Shown: positions 31,187 through 41,144 of the stretch, piece after piece
Position numbering within the stretch: the stretch's first letter is position 1
How the letters are laid out: every line of letters starts with the position of its first letter
Origin: an uncultured delta proteobacterium
GTDB taxonomy: Bacteria; Desulfobacterota; Zymogenia; Zymogenales; Zymogenaceae
NCBI GenBank assembly: GCA_963735595.1
Contig: CAVTLK010000002.1
Coordinates: 64,001-128,000 of the forward strand
Reading direction: 5' to 3'
DNA length: 64,000 bases
Position numbers and translations under genes: made by a program
Notes under the pieces: generated by a model
What the model saw: the letters and a program-made list of their open reading frames with translations, nothing else
The model's database searches: none
What the model was told of the DNA's origin: nothing

Positions 31187-31861
31187 ATGGACAAGAGAGG
31201 AAACCGCCCGGATATCGGCACGGCGGCAAGCAAACCGACGGGACGCCGGCCGGCGGCAGGCGGGGGCGATGTCCACATGGATACCCTGAACCGGGCGATC
31301 GGCGACGTCCGGTATATCCGCGACCTCCTTGACGCCTCTCACGACTTTTTTGTCTCCGGCTGGTCCGGGGTGGCGGCGGGGATTGTCACCGTGGCGGGGG
31401 CGGCGGTTACCGCGCTGGTCATGGCACATCCCGAGCGCTGGGATATCCCCAAAACTCTCTGGGCGCTCTGGGCCGTCGTCGGTATCCTCCTCGCATTATC
31501 TGATTTCATCTTCTTCGCGCGGCGCTGCCGGGAGGTCGGCCGGCCGATAATCTCCGGGCTCCTGGTAAAGATCGTCGCTTCCGAACTCGTCATGGCCGCC
31601 CAGGGGCTTATCCTGACCCTTGTCTTCATCAAGATATCTATGCCTGAATATATCCCCGCGGCGTGGCTCCTGGGCTTCGGCGCCACGTTTACCGCGCTGG
31701 GCCTCTATATCCCCGGGGGGCTATGGGTGCTCGGGGTGACCACGATCGTCGCCTCTGTCGCGGCCTTTATCGTCCCGGCGGGCGGGATCTGGTGCGTCGG
31801 GTTCGCGGGAGGCGCGATGTGTCTCTGGGGGGCGGCCTACCTGATCACCCGCGGCAGGTGA
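31187..31861 (+). CDS. Six-TM membrane protein
   Basis: GGAGG RBS; IRDLL...SGWSGVAAG followed by six TM segments. Confidence 0.75.
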   Translation: MDKRGNRPDIGTAASKPTGRRPAAGGGDVHMDTLNRAIGDVRYIRDLLDASHDFFVSGWSGVAAGIVTVAGAAVTALVMAHPERWDIPKTLWALWAVVGILLALSDFIFFARRCREVGRPIISGLLVKIVASELVMAAQGLILTLVFIKISMPEYIPAAWLLGFGATFTALGLYIPGGLWVLGVTTIVASVAAFIVPAGGIWCVGFAGGAMCLWGAAYLITRGR

Positions 31862-31913
31862 CGCGTGTCTCAGATTCGTCCGATTGTTGTCCGTTAGAAA
31901 GGAGTATAAAACC

Positions 31914-32288
31914 ATGTGGGACCTGTTGTTCTGGCTGTATCTTGTCAACGCAATCTTTTTGATCAACCACGAGATCGACTCCGGCTATCAGAAGGAATGG
32001 GAGCTCATCGGTATGCCGGGGGGGATTAACCTGTTTCTCCTGCTTCACTTCCCGCTCCTGTTTATATTCCTGTGGGGGCTGGTTCTGGTCTATATGGAGC
32101 GGACGGCGGGCCTGGTCATCTCGGCTATACTCGCGGTCGTCGGGATCTTCGCGCTGGCCATTCACACCTACTTTATCAGGAAGGGTAAGCCCGGTTTTAC
32201 CGCGCCGATCTCCCGGTTCATCCTCTGGGGAGGGGCCGCCGTCTCGGCCGTGCAGGGGATCGTTACGATATATCTATTGACCAGGTAG
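31914..32288 (+). CDS. Four-TM membrane protein with an HEIDS motif (DUF6713-like)
   Basis: AAGGAG RBS; NHEIDSGYQKEW; LLLHFP. Confidence 0.75.
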   Translation: MWDLLFWLYLVNAIFLINHEIDSGYQKEWELIGMPGGINLFLLLHFPLLFIFLWGLVLVYMERTAGLVISAILAVVGIFALAIHTYFIRKGKPGFTAPISRFILWGGAAVSAVQGIVTIYLLTR

Positions 32289-32322
32289 GTTGTGGTTTTT
32301 CCAACTTGTGTATATAATTAAT

Positions 32323-32655
32323 ATGGCGGAGACAAACGGAGAGCGGCACATCACCGAACGGCTCGATCGGGTGATTCACGAGCGGGCGCGGCTCGGGATC
32401 ATGGCGATCCTGGTCGGGGGGGGGCGGACCGAGTTTACCGCCCTGAAGGATATGCTGTCGCTTACCGACGGAAACCTGAGCGCGCACCTGAGGGTGTTGG
32501 AGAAGAGCGGCTATACTATCGAAACGAAGGAATTTGTGGGGAGACGGCCAAAGACGGCCTACCGGGCGACGGAGAAAGGCGTTCAGGCCTTTAGGAATTA
32601 TATGGACTCGCTCGAGAGGTTCATGAAGATCGTTTCCCAAGAGGATGTAAAATGA
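32323..32655 (+). CDS. Winged-HTH transcriptional regulator (HTH_34/MarR-like)
   Basis: LDRVIHERARLGIM, LTDGNLSAHLRVLE and KEFVGRRPKT motifs. Confidence 0.92.
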   Translation: MAETNGERHITERLDRVIHERARLGIMAILVGGGRTEFTALKDMLSLTDGNLSAHLRVLEKSGYTIETKEFVGRRPKTAYRATEKGVQAFRNYMDSLERFMKIVSQEDVK

Positions 32656-33418
32656 AACGTAGCTGTGATTCTCGGTATTGTCCTGGCCTGGTTAGGTCCT
32701 GACGGTTTTCTCATACGCGGCCGAGCCGACCGCCCAGGACCTCATCAAAGAGGCCGAGGACCTGATGCGGGGCCAGTCCAACACGGGCACGTTTACCATG
32801 AGCATCACGACCCCCAATTGGGAGCGCTCCATGACGATGGACTACTGGGAAAAGGGCAAGGAAAAATCGTTGATGAAGGTCGTCTCCCCCGCCAAGGAGG
32901 CCGGCACCGTATCCCTCAAGATCGGCAACGAAATGTGGAACTACATCCCCTCGGTCGAGAAGGTCATCAAGGTCCCGCCCTCCATGATGATGCAGTCGTG
33001 GATGGGGTCGGACTTCACCAACGACGACATCGTCAAGGAATCGAGCATCTCCCGGGATTACGAGGCGAAGATCACCGGCAAGCAGGCGCTCCCCGACGGC
33101 CAGTGCTACGTCCTTGACCTCATCCCCCGGCCGGAGGCGGCGGTCGTCTGGGGCAAGATCACGGCATACGTCCGGGTGAGCGACCATATCCCGCTCAAGT
33201 ACGAGTTCTTCGACGAAAAGGGAAAGCTCATCCGCTACCAGACGCTATCCGATATTAAAAATATGGGGGGAAGGACCATCCCCACCGTCATGACGATGGT
33301 CCCGGTGACGAAGAAGGGCAAGAAGACGGTCATGGTCATCGACAGGATCAACTTCAACGTCCCCATCAGCGACGACGTATTTTCGCTCTCGAAACTCAAG
33401 GGCGGCACCACCCGGTAA
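32652..33418 (+). CDS. LolA-like outer-membrane lipoprotein-sorting protein (indels in the signal-peptide region)
   Basis: SWMGSDFTNDD and MWNYIPS motifs. ATG 32652 overlaps the regulator stop; the signal peptide reads across about two frame changes before the 32765 frame. Confidence 0.8.
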
Positions 33419-33460
33419 CGGCCGCCCCGAGTTTTTACCGACGAATAAGGAAGCGCGTAT

Positions 33461-34693
33461 ATGGATGGATTTACCTACCGGCTCTTCTTGATGGCGTGGA
33501 GAAACATCTGGCGCAACACCCGCAGAACGGTCATCACCGTGGCCGCGGTGGTGTTCGCGGTGACGATCGCCGTCTTCATGTGGTGCGTGGCGATCGGTGA
33601 GCACGAACAGATGATAAACGACGCCCTCAAGCTCTATCCCGGCCATATCCAGATCCACGCGAAGGGGTACTGGGAGGACAAGACCATCTATAACAGCCTC
33701 CTGCCGCCCGAGGAGCTGATCGCCACGCTCTCCGCCGACGACCGGGTCAAGGCCGTCACCACGCGGCTGACGGTCGATGCCCTCATATCCAGCGATACCA
33801 ACACCAGCGGCGTGGCGATGATCGGGGTGGACCCCGCCCGGGAGTTTTCGGATATCAGGGAAAAGATCATCGACGGCGCGTTCATCGAGCCCGGCAACCC
33901 CGATGCCATCGTCATCGGCCAGTCCCTGGCCAAGAACCTGAACTGCGGCGTGGGCGACCGGCTGGTGATCCTGACCCAGGCCTACGACGGCTCCATCGCC
34001 GCGCGGTTCTTCACGGTTTCGGGGATCTTCCGCACGGGGTCCATGGAGTTTGACCGGGCGATGGCGATGGTGGATATAGCGACGGCGGGCGATCTCCTGT
34101 CGATGTACGGGCAGGTGACGGAAGTGTCGCTCCTGCTCAAGACCGACCGCGACGCGGACGACCTGACCCGGGAAATCAGCGGGGCGCTTTCCCCCGAGAC
34201 CCACGAGGTCATGCCCTGGCAACAGCTCATCCCGGACCTCGTCCAGTTCGTGGAGCTGGATAACATCTTCGGGTATATCTATTATTTCATGATCCTGGTC
34301 GTCGTCATCTTCGGGATCATGAACACGATCCTCATGGCGGTCATGGAGCGGTACCGGGAATTCGGGGTGATCATGGCGCTCGGCACCAAACCGAAGCATA
34401 TCGTATCCCTCGTCCTGATGGAGTCCGCCCTGATCGCCCTGGTGGGGATCGTCATCGGGGACGCGATCGGGTTTGGGATATCCTACTATTTCACCCAGGT
34501 CCCGATGGATCTCTCCGCCTACGCCAAGAGCATGGAGAGCTTCGGGATCAACCCGCTGCTCTACGCCAAGATATATCCGTTTGTCTTCTATATTACGGAC
34601 CTGATCATCCTGTCGGCGACGATCCTTTCGGCGGTCTACCCGGCGGTCAAGGCATCACGGCTCGAACCGGTCCGCGCGCTGCGGTACGTGTAG
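33461..34693 (+). CDS. ABC permease, FtsX/LolE/MacB type
   Basis: AWRNIWRNTRRT, GHIQIH, ERYREFGVIMALG and YPAVKASRLEPVRALR motifs. Confidence 0.92.
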   Translation: MDGFTYRLFLMAWRNIWRNTRRTVITVAAVVFAVTIAVFMWCVAIGEHEQMINDALKLYPGHIQIHAKGYWEDKTIYNSLLPPEELIATLSADDRVKAVTTRLTVDALISSDTNTSGVAMIGVDPAREFSDIREKIIDGAFIEPGNPDAIVIGQSLAKNLNCGVGDRLVILTQAYDGSIAARFFTVSGIFRTGSMEFDRAMAMVDIATAGDLLSMYGQVTEVSLLLKTDRDADDLTREISGALSPETHEVMPWQQLIPDLVQFVELDNIFGYIYYFMILVVVIFGIMNTILMAVMERYREFGVIMALGTKPKHIVSLVLMESALIALVGIVIGDAIGFGISYYFTQVPMDLSAYAKSMESFGINPLLYAKIYPFVFYITDLIILSATILSAVYPAVKASRLEPVRALRYV

Positions 34694-34702
34694 GGGGAAC
34701 AG

Positions 34703-35929
34703 ATGAACCTCACCCTCAAACTGGCATGGAGGAACCTCTGGAGGAACAAGCGGCGCTCCTTTATCGTGATCGCCGCCATCGTGTCCGGGCTCTGGGGGAT
34801 GGTCTTCATGATCGCCATCTCCGAGGGGATGATGCAGGAGATGGTCAAGACCTCCATCGAGTCGGGCGTCGGGCACGTCCAGATACACCGGCAGGGGTTC
34901 ATGGATAACCTGGACGTCAACCGGAACGTCCGCGACCCCTCCTGGGTCCTGAAGAAGATCGAGGGCACGCCGCACATCGAGGCGGCCGCCGAGCGGATCA
35001 AGGTCATGGGGCTGGTCTCGTCGCCGGAGAGCTCGGCCGGGGTCCTGATCTGGGGGATCGACCACGCCGCCGAGCCGCGGGTCTCCGCGGTGCGGCGGTG
35101 GCTTTCCGACGGGGAATTCCTCTCCGGCGCCCACGGGGAGATATACATCGGCAGGAGCCTGGCCCACAAGCTCGAGGTCGAGCTGGGCGACAAGATCGTC
35201 CTGATGAGCCAGGGCCTCTCGCCGGAGATCGGGTCTGCGGCGTACCGCGTGGCCGGGATCTTCGAGTCCACCTCGCCCGAGTTTGACAAGTTTAACCTCT
35301 ATATAAACCTCGACGACGCCCAACAGCTCCTCTCGATGGGCGGCCGGGTTTCGGAGATCGTCATCATCGCCGACGATATCGACAACGTGGACGGGCTGAC
35401 GGCATCGTTGACCCGCACCCTTTCGGGCACCGGGATGGAGGTCCTCTCGTGGAAGGGGGTGCTCCCGGTCATCGTCGAGATGCTGGCGATGTTTGACGGG
35501 TTCAACTACGTCGTCTATATCATAGTCGTCCTGGCGATGGCCTTCGGGATCGTCAACACGATCCTGATGAGCGTGTTAGAGCGGACCCGTGAGATCGGCA
35601 TCCTGATGGCCATCGGGACCCGCCCGCGGCTCGTCTTTTTCGAGGTCCTGAGCGAGGGGGTGCTGCTGGGGCTCATCGGGATCGTCGTCGGCTGGGTCTT
35701 CACGGGGGTCTTTTACGCGGTGATCTCGCACACGGGCATCGACCTGTCCCTCTGGGCCGAGAGCCTCAGGTACATGGGAGGCATCGGCGCGACTCTCTAC
35801 CCGCTCGTCACCATCGGCAACGTCGTCAAGTCGACCGTCTCGGTCTTCCTGGCGGCGGCCCTCTCGTCGCTCTATCCCGCGATACGGATCATGCGCCTTT
35901 CGCCGTCTTCGGCGATTCGCTCGGTATAA
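34703..35929 (+). CDS. ABC permease, FtsX/LolE/MacB type
   Basis: AWRNLWRNKRRS, GHVQIH and ERTREIGILMAIG motifs. Confidence 0.92.
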   Translation: MNLTLKLAWRNLWRNKRRSFIVIAAIVSGLWGMVFMIAISEGMMQEMVKTSIESGVGHVQIHRQGFMDNLDVNRNVRDPSWVLKKIEGTPHIEAAAERIKVMGLVSSPESSAGVLIWGIDHAAEPRVSAVRRWLSDGEFLSGAHGEIYIGRSLAHKLEVELGDKIVLMSQGLSPEIGSAAYRVAGIFESTSPEFDKFNLYINLDDAQQLLSMGGRVSEIVIIADDIDNVDGLTASLTRTLSGTGMEVLSWKGVLPVIVEMLAMFDGFNYVVYIIVVLAMAFGIVNTILMSVLERTREIGILMAIGTRPRLVFFEVLSEGVLLGLIGIVVGWVFTGVFYAVISHTGIDLSLWAESLRYMGGIGATLYPLVTIGNVVKSTVSVFLAAALSSLYPAIRIMRLSPSSAIRSV

Positions 35930-35960
35930 CGGCTGGCTTCGGCACGGAAAAGGAAAAACG

Positions 35961-36653
35961 ATGAAAGACTCGATCATTATCCAGACGAAAAAACTGACGA
36001 AGGTTTACGACGAATCCGCCCTCACGATCACCGCGCTCGACCGGGTGGACCTGACCATCCGAAAGGGGGAGTTCATGGCCCTGGCCGGCCCCTCGGGGTC
36101 CGGCAAGACGACCCTGCTCAACCTCATCGGGGGGCTGGATAAGCCGACCGAGGGGACGGTCATCGTCGCGGGAAAGGACATCGCCTCCCTCGGGAAGACC
36201 GAGCTTTCCGACCTCAGGCTCTTTCACATCGGGTTTATCTTCCAGGCCTATAACCTCATACCCGTTTTGACGGCCCGGGAAAACGTGGAATACGTCATGC
36301 TGCTCCAGGGCGTCGAGGAGCGCGAGCGCATCCGGCGGGCCGAGGAGATCCTCACGGAGGTGGGACTTGCCGACTATATCAACACCCGCCCCAACCAGAT
36401 GAGCGGGGGTCAGCAGCAGCGGGTGGCGGTTGCGCGCGCGATCGTATCCAACCCGGACGTGGTGCTGGCCGACGAGCCCACGGCTAACCTGGACTCGAAG
36501 ACCGGCGAGGCGCTCCTGACGCAGATGCGCCACATGAACGAATCCCACAGGATCACGTTCGTCTTCTCCACGCACGACAGGATGGTCATGGACCACGCCC
36601 GGAGGCTGGTGATCCTGAGGGACGGGGCGATTACGGAGGATAACCGGAAATGA
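35961..36653 (+). CDS. ABC ATP-binding protein, LolD-like
   Basis: GPSGSGKTT, SGGQQQRVA, ADEPTANLD and STHD motifs. Confidence 0.95.
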   Translation: MKDSIIIQTKKLTKVYDESALTITALDRVDLTIRKGEFMALAGPSGSGKTTLLNLIGGLDKPTEGTVIVAGKDIASLGKTELSDLRLFHIGFIFQAYNLIPVLTARENVEYVMLLQGVEERERIRRAEEILTEVGLADYINTRPNQMSGGQQQRVAVARAIVSNPDVVLADEPTANLDSKTGEALLTQMRHMNESHRITFVFSTHDRMVMDHARRLVILRDGAITEDNRK

Positions 36654-37906
36654 CCGGCCCGCGAAAGGGGATGGGCCGGCGGCCCGCGGCGGCCGTCGCG
36701 GTTATAGTCTGCGCCGCGGCGCTCTTCCTGCTGTGCCCGGCGGCCTTCGGCCAGTCGAGGGAACTGCTCACGACCGACGACCTGACCGTCACCTGGGGCG
36801 GGTACCTCACGTCCCTGACGACGGCGTCCGTCCCCGAAAATGGCAGGGAGGTATGGAACGGGGCCGTGACGCTCCGGGTCAAGACCGAGGCGAACTGGCG
36901 CGACCGGTTCACTCTCACGCTGCACTACGAGGTCAGCGCCCTCTGGGGCGGCTCGCTCGGCAACCACGCCTACCGGTCGGCCGCGCTGGCCGACCCGGAC
37001 GTATTCGCGAACCTCTGGTGGCCCATCGGTGAGGGGAGGAGGATCGTCGCGTCCCACACGCTTGACCGGGCCTACCTGACGGTGCGCGCCGACCCGGTGA
37101 ACGTCATCATCGGGCGCCAGCGCATCGGGTGGGGCGTGGCGCGGTTCATCTCTCCGCTTGACCTCTTCAACCCGTTTGACCCGATGGCCATCGATACGGA
37201 GGAGCGGCGGGGGACCGACGCCCTGGTGACCGAGGTCTCCCTCGGGCAGTTTACGGGGATGTCGCTCGTGTTCGCGCCGACGTTTCCTATGGACAACGCG
37301 TCGTACGCGGTCCGTCTCTATACGAATCGCTTTAATTATGACGTATCGCTCGTGGCCGGGAGGTTTACGGACCGCGAGGTCTACGGCCTGGATTTCTCCG
37401 GCCAGGTCTGGAATATCGCGGTCTGGGGGGAGGTCGCCTGGAACGAGGAGGACGAGGGGGTGACGTACGCCGTCGCCGACCCGTCGTCGCCGTTCGGGTT
37501 TTCTCTGCACCGGTCAAAGAGCGGCTACGTGCGGGCGACGCTGGGGGCGCAGTATATCTTTCCGAATACCCTGTCGGTTCTCGCGGAGTATTACTATAAC
37601 GGCAAGGGGGAGATGGATAGGGGCAACTATAACTGGGAGGCGGCGGCCGACGGGTCGGAGCCGGCCCTTTCTCGGCATTACCTTTTCGCGAGCGTCGGCT
37701 ACCAGATCACCCCGCTCCTGACGGGGAGCTTTTCCGCGGTCTGCAACGTCGGGGACGGGAGCGTCCTCCTGGCGCCGTCCGTCGAATACTCGCTTACCGA
37801 GGACGTCTACCTTTCGGCCGGGGCGCAGGTCGGGATAGGGGAGAGTCGGACGGAATACGGCGAGCGGCCGGAGTTATATTATCTCCAGGTGAGGTATTAT
37901 TTCTAA
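36650..37906 (+). CDS. Putative outer-membrane beta-barrel protein
   Basis: Signal peptide; LDRAYL..GRQRIGWG; alternating beta-strand pattern; C-terminal RYYF. Confidence 0.75.
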   Translation: MTGPRKGMGRRPAAAVAVIVCAAALFLLCPAAFGQSRELLTTDDLTVTWGGYLTSLTTASVPENGREVWNGAVTLRVKTEANWRDRFTLTLHYEVSALWGGSLGNHAYRSAALADPDVFANLWWPIGEGRRIVASHTLDRAYLTVRADPVNVIIGRQRIGWGVARFISPLDLFNPFDPMAIDTEERRGTDALVTEVSLGQFTGMSLVFAPTFPMDNASYAVRLYTNRFNYDVSLVAGRFTDREVYGLDFSGQVWNIAVWGEVAWNEEDEGVTYAVADPSSPFGFSLHRSKSGYVRATLGAQYIFPNTLSVLAEYYYNGKGEMDRGNYNWEAAADGSEPALSRHYLFASVGYQITPLLTGSFSAVCNVGDGSVLLAPSVEYSLTEDVYLSAGAQVGIGESRTEYGERPELYYLQVRYYF

Positions 37907-38036
37907 TCGCCGGGGCGTGATGTAGCCGGGAAAGGGGACACTCTCGTTTTCCCGTTCGGTGCTATCCCGTCAGTTCGAGCCGCCGATCGGCGGTACGGCG
38001 ATCTCCCGCCCGTCTTCGCGTTTCCGTCACTTCACC

Positions 38037-38137
38037 GTCATTGCGAGGGCGCGGCAGCGCCCGTGGCAATCCCCTCACCGTCACCGAAAACGTCCCCTAT
38101 CATTATAGAGGAGGCAGAAAGCCGACGCGGCAATCGC
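38037..38137. repeat. Two copies of a GTCATTGCGAG...GGCAATC palindromic element
   Basis: Copy at 38037-38072 and a degenerate copy at about 38100-38137; an opposite-orientation copy lies at 59432-59476. Confidence 0.65.
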
Positions 38138-38167
38138 CGCGTAGTGTGGCGGGAAGAAATGTCAACA

Positions 38168-38219
38168 AAAGATTTGACCCCCTTTAGACCCTAAAGATTT
38201 GACCCCCTTTAGACCCTTT
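38168..38219 (+). repeat. Tandem direct repeat, about 26 bp x2
   Basis: AAAGATTTGACCCC(C)TTTAGACCCT occurs twice at the edge of the AT-rich islet. Confidence 0.75.
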
Positions 38220-38229
38220 CTAAATCTCC

Positions 38230-38730
38230 CTACTTATCCTTTAAGATGCTATCTATGATTAACTGTTCCATATTCCCGGTAGAAGCACAATCCCAAGTCC
38301 CCGCTACTTTTAAGAGGGCGTTATAGTAAGTTCCCGGAAATTGTGCATTAACCTTTATGCTTGTTGTGTCTTCGTCAATCCTTTTTACAAACACATTGAA
38401 TTTCATATAAAAATATGTTAATTGATTCAATCCTGGCTCTCCGCAATCACAGATTTCAATACCGTTATAGATTACCATTCCCTTTATTACGCCCAGGTGA
38501 GGTACTTTCATCGGCTCAGAGACAATTATTCCGGAGTCTTTTTCTATCGTCTGAATATTGATGTTATTAGAGGCAAAAAAGTCGATTACACCTTCCCATA
38601 CTTCATCGTATGATTTATCAACAATTCTTCCTGTATCAATATCCCTTTGTACTGGTGGCCTTGTAGCACACGCAAGAGCGTATACTGTAATTAGAGAGAT
38701 AGCGAACAAGAGTATAAGATTCCGTTTCAT
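38230..38730 (-). CDS. Hypothetical lipoprotein in the AT-rich islet
   Basis: GGAG RBS; lipobox ALAC; SYDEVWEGVIDFF..IEKDSGII; CDC and a further Cys. Confidence 0.75.
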   Translation of the reverse strand: MKRNLILLFAISLITVYALACATRPPVQRDIDTGRIVDKSYDEVWEGVIDFFASNNINIQTIEKDSGIIVSEPMKVPHLGVIKGMVIYNGIEICDCGEPGLNQLTYFYMKFNVFVKRIDEDTTSIKVNAQFPGTYYNALLKVAGTWDCASTGNMEQLIIDSILKDK

Positions 38731-38802
38731 GTTATTCTCCACTATATATTCTTTGTGAAATACCTTATAGTACCGATTAGTACAAGTCAAGCGTGAATTA
38801 AT

Positions 38803-39198
38803 ATGGAAATATTGAATACAACCTTTTCTAGACTTTGGCACCTCATCCATTCACTGCCTATATGCCACCACCTTCCTGAAAGGAGTACGTTATGGGGACT
38901 TGACTTCCCACTCTGTTGTCGATGCACAGGACTATATATGTTCCTTATACTTGGTTTCATCTTTAATAGTTTTCTCAAGATTGGACATTCAGGTAAAAGA
39001 AGAACGCTATTCACCCTAATAGGTCTATCGCTGCTCACAGGAATAGAGGCCGTATTAGAGATAGTATTTAGAGTAGACCCCGGGAATCTGATAAGGCTTA
39101 TGACTGGAACCGTTTCGGGATGTGCGATAGGGTTTCTGCTTAACGCTGCCTCTTTTGGTAGGATGGATTCATCTGGAATTAAGGGGACATATACTTAA
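38803..39198 (+). CDS. DUF2085-family membrane protein
   Basis: ICHHLPERS...FPLCCRCTGLY and NLIRLMTG motifs. Confidence 0.8.
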   Translation: MEILNTTFSRLWHLIHSLPICHHLPERSTLWGLDFPLCCRCTGLYMFLILGFIFNSFLKIGHSGKRRTLFTLIGLSLLTGIEAVLEIVFRVDPGNLIRLMTGTVSGCAIGFLLNAASFGRMDSSGIKGTYT

Positions 39199-39257
39199 TT
39201 AATAGGCGCTCTGTTTAAGCAAAGAAACAGTAACTAAGTACGTGTCCCCTTAATTCC
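39175..39257. repeat. REP-like inverted repeat element (GGGGACA family)
   Basis: 26-bp arms at 39175-39200 and 39232-39257 with 3 mismatches. Confidence 0.8.
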
Positions 39258-39375
39258 CTTCACTCCTTCCGCCGCCCCCGCCCGATATTTTCTTGAAATG
39301 AACCACCATTCATGTTATAGTATCTCTTCTACCTCGCAATCCTCTATCTGCTGGTTATAAAAAAGGAGTAGAACC

Positions 39376-40275
39376 ATGGCACAGACAATCAAGACCGTTG
39401 GAATCGTCGGCGCCGGCTTCATGGGGTGCCAGATCGCGTCCCGCGCGGCCGTGTTCGGCTTTACCGTCAGGATGTTTGACCTGAATCCCGAGGTGCTTAC
39501 CGCCGCAAAGGCCACCACGAAGGCCTATACCGATATGCATTTTGGCGACAACAAGAGCGAGGCCGCCGCGGCGGAAAGCAGGGTATCCTACTACGGCACG
39601 CTGGCCGAGGCGCTGGCGGGCGTCGACCTGGCCTTCGAGGTCGTGCCGGAGAACCCGGAGCTCAAGAAGAAGGTGTTTGCCGAGATGGAAAAGGCCGCGC
39701 CGTCGCACGCGATCCTCGCCTCCAATTCCTCCTCGATCCCCGTTTCCTGCGTCATCGACTCCGTCCAGTGCCATGACCGCGTCATCAATATCCACTTTTA
39801 CATCCCCATCTCCCAGCGCAACATCGTGGATATCATGGGATGCGCCAAGACCAGCAAGGAAACCAAGGACGCCGCCGAACAGTGGGTCAGGGATATCCAC
39901 TGCATCCCCCTGCTTGCCAGGAAGGAGTGCATGGGGTTTGTCTTCAACCGGGTATGGCGCGCGATCAAGAAGGACTCCCTGGCCATCTGGGCGGGGGGCT
40001 ACGCCGATTTCCGCGACGTCGACCGCGGATGGATGGTCATGACCGGCATGAACATCGGGCCCTTCGGCGCGATGGACTACGTGGGGCTGGACGTGGTCTA
40101 CGACATCGAGATGTCCTACTACAACGACAGCAAGGACCCCAAGGACAAGCCGCCCCAGGCCCTCAAGGACATGATCGACAAGGGGCTCAAGGGCGTCAAG
40201 ACGATGAAGGGCTTCTACGACTGGAAGAGCCCCGAGTTCATGAGCCCCGACTTCCTGGACCCTAAGAAGAAGTAG
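39376..40275 (+). CDS. 3-hydroxyacyl-CoA dehydrogenase family protein
   Basis: GAGFMG, EVVPEN, ASNSSS, GFVFNR and GPFGAMDYVGLD motifs; AAGGAG RBS. Confidence 0.92.
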   Translation: MAQTIKTVGIVGAGFMGCQIASRAAVFGFTVRMFDLNPEVLTAAKATTKAYTDMHFGDNKSEAAAAESRVSYYGTLAEALAGVDLAFEVVPENPELKKKVFAEMEKAAPSHAILASNSSSIPVSCVIDSVQCHDRVINIHFYIPISQRNIVDIMGCAKTSKETKDAAEQWVRDIHCIPLLARKECMGFVFNRVWRAIKKDSLAIWAGGYADFRDVDRGWMVMTGMNIGPFGAMDYVGLDVVYDIEMSYYNDSKDPKDKPPQALKDMIDKGLKGVKTMKGFYDWKSPEFMSPDFLDPKKK

Positions 40276-40300
40276 AGCTATCCGTTACCGTTATTTACTA

Positions 40301-40327
40301 TTCGGGGGGGAGCATGCTCCCCCCGAA
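40301..40327 (+). terminator. GC-rich hairpin, probable terminator
   Basis: TTCGGGGGG(G)AGC-AT-GCTCCCCCCGAA directly after the dehydrogenase; weak T-tail. Confidence 0.5.
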
Positions 40328-40359
40328 TCGTTTCGATATCGGTTTAGTCGGTTTAATCG

Positions 40360-40902
40360 TTGTTTGATATTGTCGTGGACCTAAACTTTACCCTCTTCTT
40401 TCTTCTCCTTGCGGCGGTCGCGGGCTTTATCGCCAAGCGGCTGATAGGCCGCAGTGACGACGAGCCCGCTATCGAGGAAATCCTCTCGGAGATCGTCCCG
40501 TTCCTGAACGACCCGGCGGCGCTCCACCGGAAGGTCGCCAGGGACCTGCGGCAGCGGCGTATTCGGGGCGGCGGGACGATTATCGACATCACCCCGACCC
40601 AAAAAACGGAGATCGTCCGGATCAGGGACCGCGTGGTTGTTGATATTGGCGTGGAGACGGACGGGGTGGCCGTCGAGCGCGACGTCGTCTACGAGCTCGC
40701 GTTCATGCGGCCTGATACGCTGGATGAGGCGGGTATCGGCCAGTACGTGGAGTTCACCGGAATCCTCATCGATATCACGGGCGGGACGGGGACGCCGGTC
40801 ATAACGGCCGACCCGGGGGAGATCCTCTATATCGGAGATGGGCCGCCTGACGGTGCGGACGCGGACGAGGAGCCGCCGGATACCGGCGGGGAGTTTCGAT
40901 AG
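40360..40902 (+). CDS. Hypothetical membrane-anchored protein
   Basis: N-terminal TM segment; acidic soluble domain; start uncertain. Confidence 0.6.
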   Translation: MFDIVVDLNFTLFFLLLAAVAGFIAKRLIGRSDDEPAIEEILSEIVPFLNDPAALHRKVARDLRQRRIRGGGTIIDITPTQKTEIVRIRDRVVVDIGVETDGVAVERDVVYELAFMRPDTLDEAGIGQYVEFTGILIDITGGTGTPVITADPGEILYIGDGPPDGADADEEPPDTGGEFR

Positions 40903-41061
40903 AGGGATATGACTGCGGCGTATGCCGATGAGCCAACCGTCGGGATATCCCGTTCGATAGATGCCGTGCCTTTCGTTACTTGTCCGAATATCCAAAAAGT
41001 AAGCAGAACACGTAATTTTCTTCTTGACAGTACTCAGAAATGGATTTACACTTATCGTAAC

Positions 41062-41079
41062 TAACTAACCAGTTAGTTA
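41062..41079. promoter_or_regulatory. Palindromic operator, probably for the operon's TetR regulator
   Basis: TAACTAAC-CA-GTTAGTTA downstream of TTGACA (41024). Confidence 0.7.
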
Positions 41080-41144
41080 TTTCGGTAGCCGAACAAGCCT
41101 CTATTCGGTACCATGCACTGCAACGCTCGTCATGGGGTAACGAC

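Noticed and set aside
38168..38219. Possible CRISPR array
   Set aside because: Only two abutting repeats, with no spacers and no cas genes.
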